In this document: piece by piece, positions 8,462-15,624 of the stretch | How positions within the stretch are numbered: the first letter of the stretch is position 1 | Layout of the letters: each line of letters begins with the position of its first letter | NCBI GenBank assembly: GCA_963698035.1 | Contig: OY969114.1 | Coordinates: 210,001-242,000 of the forward strand | Direction: 5' to 3' | DNA: 32,000 nucleotides | Source of the DNA: Candidatus Saccharimonadota bacterium | GTDB taxonomy: Archaea; Micrarchaeota; Micrarchaeia; Micrarchaeales; Micrarchaeaceae | Program-made: the position numbers and the translations under genes | The notes under the pieces: generated by a model | What the model was told of the DNA's origin: nothing | Databases searched by the model: none | Seen by the model: the letters and a program-made list of their open reading frames with translations, nothing else

Positions 8462-9661
8462 ATGAAGGAAGAGTACAGCATAAGGAAGGAGCTGAAGAGG
8501 CTCGCGTCTGTGCACGGCTCTGGTACAGAGCTGATAAGCGTATACATACCGCCGGATTTCAACATATTCGAAGAGATAGCGAAGCTTCGGGAGGAGCACG
8601 GCCAGTCCGGCAACATAAAGTCGAAGAGCACGCGCCAGAATGTGCAGGGCGCCCTTGAGAAGATAATGCAGTACCTGAAGCTCTACAAGAGGCCGCCAAA
8701 GAATGGGCTCGCGGTCTTCTGCGGCAACATATCCAGCGTACAGGCAAAGCCGAACATAGAGCTCTTCTCGATGGAACCGACGCAGCCCATAAAGGCAAAC
8801 ATCTACAGGTGCGACTCGGAGTTCCTCCTCGAGCCCATCCTGGCCTTTCTTGAGGCGAAGGAGCTCTACGTACTCGTCGTCATGGACGGCAGGGAGGCCA
8901 CGATCGCACTTCTGAAGGGGGCGCACGTCACCCTGGAGAAGAGGATAAGGTCATTCGCGCACGCTAAGGTGAGGAAGGGGGGGCAGTCTGCCGGGAGGTA
9001 TGAGCGCGCCATATCCGAGAGCATAAACGACTATTATAAAAGCGTTGGAGACTCGATCAACGTGGTCTTCGAGAAGTACGGCTTCAGGATAAGCGGGCTC
9101 GTAGTGGGCGGGCCGGGCCCGGCCAAGGACAACTTCGTCAAGTCAAAGGTACTGAACTACCAGATAAAGGTACTTGGGGTCTTCGATACAGGATACACCG
9201 ACGAGACGATGGGGATAAACGAGCTGCTTGAGCAATCCAAGGAGCTCCTCAAGGAGCAGGCAGCGGTGCGGGAGCGCAAGGTGATGGATAGGTTCCTGAC
9301 CGAGGTGTCGAGGAACGGGCTTGCCACATCAGGATACGAGAACGTAAAGAAGGCGCTGCTCAACAACAACGTAGTGAGATTGATCATAAGCGAGGATGTA
9401 GAGCTCACAGACATCACCTACAGGTGCACAACCTGCAAGGAGGAGTTCTCGGCCGTAGAGAAGGGCAACGCGAGGCAGACAAGGCACCTCGAGGGCGGCT
9501 CGTTAGAGATTGTCAGTGCGACAGACGCGATAGAGGAGCTTATCGAGACCGCAGACAACATGGAGGTGGAGGTCGCCTTTGTGTCGTCGGAGAGCCAGTA
9601 CGGGAAGGAGCTGTTTCTAGGCTTCGGGGGCGTGGCAGCCATACTCAAGTATAAGGCATGA
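8462..9661 (+). CDS. prf1: Peptide chain release factor aRF1
   Basis: 399 aa. NIKS motif (SGNIKSKSTRQN) and GGQ motif (KVRKGGQSAGRYERA). Confidence 0.95.
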   Translation: MKEEYSIRKELKRLASVHGSGTELISVYIPPDFNIFEEIAKLREEHGQSGNIKSKSTRQNVQGALEKIMQYLKLYKRPPKNGLAVFCGNISSVQAKPNIELFSMEPTQPIKANIYRCDSEFLLEPILAFLEAKELYVLVVMDGREATIALLKGAHVTLEKRIRSFAHAKVRKGGQSAGRYERAISESINDYYKSVGDSINVVFEKYGFRISGLVVGGPGPAKDNFVKSKVLNYQIKVLGVFDTGYTDETMGINELLEQSKELLKEQAAVRERKVMDRFLTEVSRNGLATSGYENVKKALLNNNVVRLIISEDVELTDITYRCTTCKEEFSAVEKGNARQTRHLEGGSLEIVSATDAIEELIETADNMEVEVAFVSSESQYGKELFLGFGGVAAILKYKA

Positions 9662-9675
9662 ATTAGGTCGGCTAA

Positions 9676-10227
9676 TCAGCCGAGCTCTGATGCGATGCCG
9701 CACATCGCCAAGAAGGCGCTGTCGCCAGACATGTATAACACGCTTGGGGTTATGACGGTTGTATTTACGGTGCTGTAGTTCAGGAAGAGGCTCGGCTCGC
9801 TCCTGCTAACCGCTATGCAGTTGCTTATCGAGTTGTAGGTATAGTTGTTTATCATGCCGCCTACCCCGTTCTCGAAGACGCAGGTCGTCTGGTTTATCGC
9901 AAAGAAGTCTATCGTGCTGCTGTTCCTGTGGATCTGCACGTTCCCCGTTATCTCCTCTATTACAGAGGAGGCGCACTCTATCGTTGCGCTGACGGCTGTG
10001 CCGTTATACGCGGTCGCGTATATGGCAACGCGCCCGGCGGAGTTGAAGTTGCTCTTGAATGTATTGAAGTCTGCAGTCTTGCCGCTGTGCTGCAGGTAGT
10101 ATGTGGCCACGCCGAGCAGCACCAGAATGGCGATTATTATTCCAATTATGTAGGTGTAGCGCACCCGCCTCTCGGCCTTTTTTGCCTCCTTCTTCTGCGC
10201 GGTAGATTCCTGCTGCTTCCTCTCCAT
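9676..10227 (-). CDS. Type II membrane protein with an uncharacterised four-Cys ectodomain (paralogous to the C-terminus of the upstream ORF)
   Basis: Preferred start is ATG 10227, which forms a TAATG overlap with the upstream stop; the ORF track extends to 10260. Basic N-terminus, one TM helix (YIIGIIIAILVLLGVATYY), then a ~130-aa sequon-rich domain with 4 Cys. Confidence 0.6.
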   Translation of the reverse strand: MERKQQESTAQKKEAKKAERRVRYTYIIGIIIAILVLLGVATYYLQHSGKTADFNTFKSNFNSAGRVAIYATAYNGTAVSATIECASSVIEEITGNVQIHRNSSTIDFFAINQTTCVFENGVGGMINNYTYNSISNCIAVSRSEPSLFLNYSTVNTTVITPSVLYMSGDSAFLAMCGIASELG

Positions 10228-11972
10228 TACTGCACCTTTATGACGGTGTTGAGCTCGCACGCAGGCCCTGAGGCGGCGGTTCCGCTGGCGTAGAGCACGT
10301 GGCCGTAGATGCCCCTGTAGATTATGCTGCTGTTCAGGCTTTCAGTTATAACTATGACGGGCGTGCCATTGGCGAGCAGCTGGTCGAAGCAGTTGGGCTG
10401 CGAGTATATCGAGTTCGAGGAGCTCACGCAGCTGTAATTATCTAACGTAACCATGCTGACCTGCTTGCCGAGGCTGCTCTGCAGGGTCTGCTTCAATGCG
10501 GTGGTGCACTGCAGTATCGACGGCGCTGCGGCGGCTGCGCTGCTGTTATAGGCTATTACGACGCTGGAATGCGAACTCAGCTGGCTGATGAAGCCACTTA
10601 TCGGCAGGAAGCTGTTCGCCTGCTGGGCGTACATGTATTCGAGATAGGAGAGCGCTATGCCGACTACTATTATGATTATGAAGAGCAGCATCCATGCCCT
10701 CTTGGCCCTGCGGTGGAGGTGCACCCTGCCCTTCTTGCGGAGCCTGCGGAAGAGCAGCAGGTATATTAATATGACGATTACTACGACGACTACGAGCGAT
10801 ACCATCAGGATGTATAGAGCCCCCGTAGACAGATTTGCTGATAATGGAGCGGACGAACCGGCCAGGAGCGCGGCCACTATGGGCCCGTCAATCGCCTTTA
10901 TCATGGTGGGACCTGTTATTGGAGTGATGGTGCTCCCTATGCCGCTCTTTACCTGCTCCAGCTTTGCGTATATGCCATTGGAGCTCGATGTGTTTATTCC
11001 GGCAACGAGCTGCGTATTTATCGACTGCTGCAGAAACGCGAGGGCCGCGAGCGCGGGCGGCTCTATCTGGTAGTTTAGCTCCTTGAGCAGCAGCGCAGCG
11101 GTGTTGTTGGCGGCGAGCGAGTGCACCACGTTGTACTGGACGGATAGGACGTTGTAGATGGCGGTGAGATTCCTGTACTGGGCGTTTAGCGTGCTGTTGT
11201 ATGTGGTGGCGTTGAGCCTGAGGTTGTATGAGAGCAGGTCGGCGAAGGTCTTCTGGTATGCAGATAGACTGGACTTCAGGCTAAGGTTGTAGTATTCTGA
11301 CGAAAGTAGGCTTGCATTTGCGGATGTAGCGTTGAACCTGCCGTACTGCTGCCCTATTATGACGTTGAGCTGGACCTTCTCCTGCGGCGCAAGGAACGAG
11401 AGCGCCGCGCCTGTGGCGTTCGCTGCCACCCCTTCTATGCTACCGTTTGATAGGGGCTCGCTCAGAAGGCTCGGCAGCAGCGCCTGTATGTTGTATATCT
11501 GGGACGAATTGAAATTTAGATAGGTGCAGAAGTCGAATATCTGGCAGTACCATGGTGAGCTGCTTGTGGGTATGGACGGGCAGGATTGCTGTATAGCGGG
11601 GTTGAAGCCTGGCGGCGGAGGGAACATTCCGTTGGTCTTCAATATCGCAGCATCGCTCGAGACATTTGCCGCAGCCTGCTGTAGCTTCAGCAGCGACTGG
11701 TAAGCGTTGTTGGGGGTGAACGAGGTCAGCACAGAGTAGTACTCGTTGTAGCTTGCATTTAGGTTGTGATACTGCACCGATAGGTTGCCGATCTGGTAGG
11801 CAAATGCAGAGGAAGGCCCTCCATACGCGTTCATCGCCTTTTTACATATGGGCACGGTCGCACAGGAAAAGCAGCCGTTGAAGGCTGTGCAGGTCGCACC
11901 TGGCTGGTTCAGCCCTGTTAGCTGCAGGCAGCTGCTCAGGTTCTTCGCTGCGGTAACCTCATAGGCATACAT
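10227..11972 (-). CDS. Large surface glycoprotein body: Cys clusters, Tyr-Asn periodic helical region, TM hairpin, C-terminal four-Cys ectodomain. Probably the 3' part of a frameshifted gene.
   Basis: 581-aa ORF with many sequons but no signal peptide of its own. Two TM helices flank a basic loop (RRLRKKGRVHLHRRAKRAW). Protein-like sequence continues in frame upstream of ATG 11972 (AEAWAIATFTPTNATLSQLYNY). Confidence 0.65.
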   Translation of the reverse strand: MYAYEVTAAKNLSSCLQLTGLNQPGATCTAFNGCFSCATVPICKKAMNAYGGPSSAFAYQIGNLSVQYHNLNASYNEYYSVLTSFTPNNAYQSLLKLQQAAANVSSDAAILKTNGMFPPPPGFNPAIQQSCPSIPTSSSPWYCQIFDFCTYLNFNSSQIYNIQALLPSLLSEPLSNGSIEGVAANATGAALSFLAPQEKVQLNVIIGQQYGRFNATSANASLLSSEYYNLSLKSSLSAYQKTFADLLSYNLRLNATTYNSTLNAQYRNLTAIYNVLSVQYNVVHSLAANNTAALLLKELNYQIEPPALAALAFLQQSINTQLVAGINTSSSNGIYAKLEQVKSGIGSTITPITGPTMIKAIDGPIVAALLAGSSAPLSANLSTGALYILMVSLVVVVVIVILIYLLLFRRLRKKGRVHLHRRAKRAWMLLFIIIIVVGIALSYLEYMYAQQANSFLPISGFISQLSSHSSVVIAYNSSAAAAAPSILQCTTALKQTLQSSLGKQVSMVTLDNYSCVSSSNSIYSQPNCFDQLLANGTPVIVITESLNSSIIYRGIYGHVLYASGTAASGPACELNTVIKVQ

Positions 11973-11989
11973 GTAATTATATAGCTGGC

Positions 11990-12298
11990 TCAGCGTAGCG
12001 TTCGTTGGGGTGAAGGTGGCAATCGCCCAGGCCTCAGCGCTGCGTAAGCAGCAGTGTTATTAAGCACGAGCCTGTATCCGTTGGTCTGGTTTATCACCAC
12101 AATCTGGCCGTTCGGCAGCTCCATTATGACGTAGTTGTTGGAGCCCACTGATTCATTGTGAAATGTAGCGGAATTTATGGTGGACTGGTTTATGTACTGG
12201 CTCAGGAAGCCATTGAGGCCCGTGCCCACAGCGTGCGGCTGCAGCGCAATCGTCGAGAACAGCAGCAGGACAGTTAATGCAATATATGGCCTGAACAT
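11990..12298 (-). CDS. Signal-peptide-bearing N-terminal fragment of the same surface glycoprotein (frameshifted)
   Basis: 102 aa with signal peptide MFRPYIALTVLLLFSTIALQP and sequons (NQS, NES, NQT, NNT). The tail RPGRLPPSPQRTLR looks out of frame. See the finding at 11993-12056. Confidence 0.55.
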   Translation of the reverse strand: MFRPYIALTVLLLFSTIALQPHAVGTGLNGFLSQYINQSTINSATFHNESVGSNNYVIMELPNGQIVVINQTNGYRLVLNNTAAYAALRPGRLPPSPQRTLR

Positions 12299-12330
12299 CG
12301 TCGCACCGGTAACTAATCATTGGATGCGAA

Positions 12331-12340
12331 TATTTATAAA
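12331..12340 (-). promoter_or_regulatory. TATA-like box for the 12298 operon
   Basis: The minus strand reads tttataaata, 33-42 nt upstream of ATG 12298. Confidence 0.4.
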
Positions 12341-12391
12341 GATTTTTGGATCTTACGGCTTTCGCTAGACGTCATAAAAAGAAAAAGTTAA

Positions 12392-12411
12392 GGGAAGGCA
12401 AATGCCTTCCC
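12392..12411 (-). terminator. Hairpin plus T-tract terminator of the S-layer gene
   Basis: Perfect 9-bp stem GGGAAGGCA-AA-TGCCTTCCC located 26 nt after the S-layer stop. On the transcribed strand it is followed by ttaactttttcttttt. Confidence 0.6.
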
Positions 12412-12436
12412 TTCTGTCTGCCTAATTGCTAGCTGT

Positions 12437-15370
12437 TTAGGTTGTGCTTGCCGCTGCGTAGAGGTCCTGGATGAATGCATTCGCTTCCGCAGTTGTCTGC
12501 GATGCGGAGTATCCTGCTACCAAGATCTTGTTGCCGAACGCCTGTAGATATGTGGTTGAGCCTGTGTAGTTCGACCATGGCACTACCTGCTGGCTGAGCG
12601 TGTTCACGTATCCGCTTCCTATCAGGATCAACGAGCTTGCCGGGTTTGCCTGCGAATCCAGAATCACCAACGGCGTTGTCGTCAGGTTCTTCAGCCAGAC
12701 TGGCTGCAGAGCCGTTGACACCGAAGGTGTTGCTGTCAGGTTGCTTATTCCGGTTATTGTGTAGCCGCTGCTGCCCGATAGTGTTGCCGTTGCAGTTACC
12801 TTAGATATGGTGACGTTGTTGACTCCTGGTATCGACACTGCCTGGCCTACTATGTATGGACCGTACTGCCTCTGTGTAGAGCTGGACGGTGCAGACGAGG
12901 ATGGAGCCACTGCGAAGAGTAGTTGGTCTACTATTGTCGCGTAGTTGATTGTCACTGAGGTTGCACTCTCGGCTGCCAATTGGCTTCCGCGCTCTGTCCT
13001 GAATCCCAACGGTGCGTTGAGGGTCCCGGCGCTTACTAAGGATGTGTACGTCATGTTGTTCCTAGTTCCTGGAGTTCCGCCCTGCGTTCCTACAGATGCA
13101 TTCAACCAGAAGAGTGGGGATGCGCCGCTTCCTGATGTCGCGTTGTAAATCGCGAAGCTCAGGCTGTCGGTTGCTGTGTTGCCAGGTATGGCGTATTCAC
13201 TGACTTTGTAGTTGAAGTACTGCACTGCAGATAGTGGACTGCTTGGAAGAGTTGGGCCTGTCAGTGTGAATGTAGATATCGGCTGGCCATTCTGCTGGTT
13301 GTAGTTGAGGGTCGATCCGGACGCCTGGCTATACGTGGTCTGACCAGATAGCAGGTACTGCACTGTTGGCGATATTGTCTGCAAAGATATTGTGTTTGTT
13401 ACCAAGCTGTTCTGTGGCGCGATTGTCACGGTCAGACCAGGGTATGCAGTGCTGAGAGTTATTGTCGTTATGTTAGTGAAGACCGTGTTCTCGGTAGTGA
13501 CCCCGGCCTTGTAGAATACAGACGCGTTGGTTGCTGATGCAGCACCGTTCGAACCCTTTACAGTTACCGTCAGTGGGTTGTTGGTGTTCACGAAGTTGCC
13601 TGAATCTGCCAGCGTTACTGATATTGTGTTGCCTGTCCCAAGTGGACCGTACAGCGTGTTGGATGCCACAAGGTAGTAAGGTGTCAGGTCGTATATGACC
13701 GTCTGGCTTGTCTGGCCTCCGTAGCTGAATGCGTTGCTTATGCCACTTCCTACTGTCAGGAACTGCGCCGGCTCTGTTACGTTCTGTATGCCACTTGCTG
13801 CCCCTGTAGGCGTTGCGGTGAATGCTGAGTTCACGTTCTTGTATGTTATTGAACCTGTCGAACTTGTCTTGAAGTTCAATGGATCGTAGTTGTTTCCGAG
13901 GTTATCTGTTAGGAACTCCAACTTCCATGCGCTTGGATTACCTATGAACGATAGGGATTGGCCTTGCGTTAGGGTTGTTGGGCTGTTGTTGTATACTAAT
14001 ATACTCTGCAGCTGTGTTTCGTTTCCTGTAGATGAGCTCGTGTTGCCCCATAGAAGGTTTACCTTCCATCCCGGGTCGTACGTCTGGTTGAAGACTTGAC
14101 CGTCCTTCAGCACGAAGACATTGGAGTATATTTGTATCTTTGCATACTTCTGATATGCGTACAATCCTGCGAATGTCTGGCCGACCTTTACGTAGACCTT
14201 TGTTCCTGATATGTTGAATGATTGGGTTGTGTTTTCACCTATCGCTGTTACGTTTACCAGCTTGCCGTTGTAGTACAGGTTTATTGCTGCTGGGCTTGCG
14301 CCGCTGCCGTTAGGCTGACCGATGTCCGTAAGCTGCACCGAGAACTGGCCGTTTGAAGCCGTTACGTTCTGGCCTACGTACACAGTGGTCATCGGCGATA
14401 GCGATGATGCTACCTGCACCTGGCCCCCGTTTTTAACAACAGTTGTTGATGATACGGTTGAGACGCTGTGGGTGCTGTTTGACGCTGTCGCACCTGGTAG
14501 CTTGAACCCGATTATGGTCCAGTTCTGGCCTAGGAATGTGAATGCTGCATTGTTTATTCCGATTACCCCATTCGAGTTGGCGGCTCCTGAAGTGACCGGG
14601 ATTGTCTTTGAGAATGTGACTTGGTATGCTCCGCCTGCACTCATCAGCGCGAAGGCGCCGAGCTGCTGGTTGTATACCGGGAATCCTGTCACCCAGAGAT
14701 TCTCTGTCTCTCCGTACTGGCCGGCGTTGTTCAGAAGGCCTGACTGCTGCGAGTTTGTTATCTGAAGTATGTTGTCGTAGCTGTTCTGCGTGAACGATGT
14801 GAACGATACTCCGCCACCTGTGGTCTTAGTTACAGTAGATACAGGCACTCCTGACGCTGCATAATATGGCGATGGCGCAGGAGATGTGGTCAATGCGAAG
14901 CTCTCTAGATATGCGTAGTTCGAGCTTGTCTGTAGAGCCTTTGTGCTGGCTGGTGATCCGACCTGGATTCCCCTGTTGAGGACCGATCCTATCAGTGCGC
15001 TGAATGAGTAGGATCCCGCTGCGTATGCAGCTCCTGTCTGGTTCAGCCATACCTGCTGGCCCGATATTGTAAGTGCTGATGGGTTTGTTACTGTTACATG
15101 TAGTGCGCTCGCGCTTGCCGCGTTGACCGATGCGGTCACTCCAACGGTTGTGTAAGCAAGGTTGCCTATCGCCGCTGCGATGTTCGCTGCCGCGATCCCG
15201 TCGGTTATCTGCGCCTTTGATCCAACTACTATCTGGACCAATGGTTGACCGCTGCTACCTATTATTGCTACATTCTGGAAGGTTACTGGGCCTGCAAATG
15301 CAAGACCTACTCCTAACAGTGCTGCCCCTGCAGCGACTGCTGCTATTCTCTTTGCGTTTATGGATTTCAT
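12437..15370 (-). CDS. S-layer (surface-layer) glycoprotein
   Basis: 977 aa. The N-terminus MKSINAKRIAAVAAGAALLGVGLAFAG is typical of archaeal S-layer protein leaders. Composition is strongly Ser/Thr/Asn/Gly/Ala/Val-rich and Cys-free. I hand-counted about 22 N-x-S/T sequons. The C-terminal region LILIGSGYVN...ILVAGYSASQTTAEANAFI resembles euryarchaeal S-layer C-termini. A strong terminator follows the gene. Confidence 0.8.
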   Translation of the reverse strand: MKSINAKRIAAVAAGAALLGVGLAFAGPVTFQNVAIIGSSGQPLVQIVVGSKAQITDGIAAANIAAAIGNLAYTTVGVTASVNAASASALHVTVTNPSALTISGQQVWLNQTGAAYAAGSYSFSALIGSVLNRGIQVGSPASTKALQTSSNYAYLESFALTTSPAPSPYYAASGVPVSTVTKTTGGGVSFTSFTQNSYDNILQITNSQQSGLLNNAGQYGETENLWVTGFPVYNQQLGAFALMSAGGAYQVTFSKTIPVTSGAANSNGVIGINNAAFTFLGQNWTIIGFKLPGATASNSTHSVSTVSSTTVVKNGGQVQVASSLSPMTTVYVGQNVTASNGQFSVQLTDIGQPNGSGASPAAINLYYNGKLVNVTAIGENTTQSFNISGTKVYVKVGQTFAGLYAYQKYAKIQIYSNVFVLKDGQVFNQTYDPGWKVNLLWGNTSSSTGNETQLQSILVYNNSPTTLTQGQSLSFIGNPSAWKLEFLTDNLGNNYDPLNFKTSSTGSITYKNVNSAFTATPTGAASGIQNVTEPAQFLTVGSGISNAFSYGGQTSQTVIYDLTPYYLVASNTLYGPLGTGNTISVTLADSGNFVNTNNPLTVTVKGSNGAASATNASVFYKAGVTTENTVFTNITTITLSTAYPGLTVTIAPQNSLVTNTISLQTISPTVQYLLSGQTTYSQASGSTLNYNQQNGQPISTFTLTGPTLPSSPLSAVQYFNYKVSEYAIPGNTATDSLSFAIYNATSGSGASPLFWLNASVGTQGGTPGTRNNMTYTSLVSAGTLNAPLGFRTERGSQLAAESATSVTINYATIVDQLLFAVAPSSSAPSSSTQRQYGPYIVGQAVSIPGVNNVTISKVTATATLSGSSGYTITGISNLTATPSVSTALQPVWLKNLTTTPLVILDSQANPASSLILIGSGYVNTLSQQVVPWSNYTGSTTYLQAFGNKILVAGYSASQTTAEANAFIQDLYAAASTT

Positions 15371-15413
15371 ATTCTCACGTAAATTTTATTGTGAAGCTAC
15401 TTTCCAAGGAAAG

Positions 15414-15421
15414 TATTTAAA
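15414..15421 (-). promoter_or_regulatory. TATA box candidate for the S-layer gene
   Basis: The minus strand reads TTTAAATA, 44-51 nt upstream of ATG 15370. A second A/T block (tttttatatataac, 15445-15458) lies further upstream. Confidence 0.4.
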
Positions 15422-15574
15422 GGGATATGCTATCTGTAAGACTTTTTTTATATATAACTCTTTATACTTCGTCTTTTGTCATATACCCATTCTTTTATCA
15501 ACGCATGCTTCCGATGCGTTACCGATGCAGGAGGCTTTGCTACAACCCTACTGCCACTGTATATAGTAGTAGAA

Positions 15575-15584
15575 GTATATAAGC
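15575..15584 (+). promoter_or_regulatory. TATA-like box for the AglB-like gene
   Basis: gtatataagc lies ~40 nt upstream of ATG 15625. Confidence 0.3.
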
Positions 15585-15624
15585 TTTCCTGCCAAAAGCC
15601 TTATGTCCTTGCTGTGGTCTTTTG

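Noticed and set aside
8330-8926. 198-aa ORF antisense to the serS 3' end and prf1, and similar antisense ORFs at 7216-8405
   Set aside because: These overlap genes with unambiguous conserved motifs (SerRS, aRF1). Composition is low-complexity and Arg/Leu-rich, and there is no promoter context.
11993-12056. Programmed -1 ribosomal frameshifting as the explanation for the split surface-protein gene
   Set aside because: No X-XXY-YYZ slippery heptamer or obvious downstream structure is visible in the two-frame overlap. A mutation or sequencing indel is more parsimonious.
15360-15566. 68-aa ORF in the S-layer/aglB divergent spacer
   Set aside because: It starts inside the S-layer start-codon region and runs through A/T-rich promoter DNA. 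It has an odd composition and no upstream promoter of its own.
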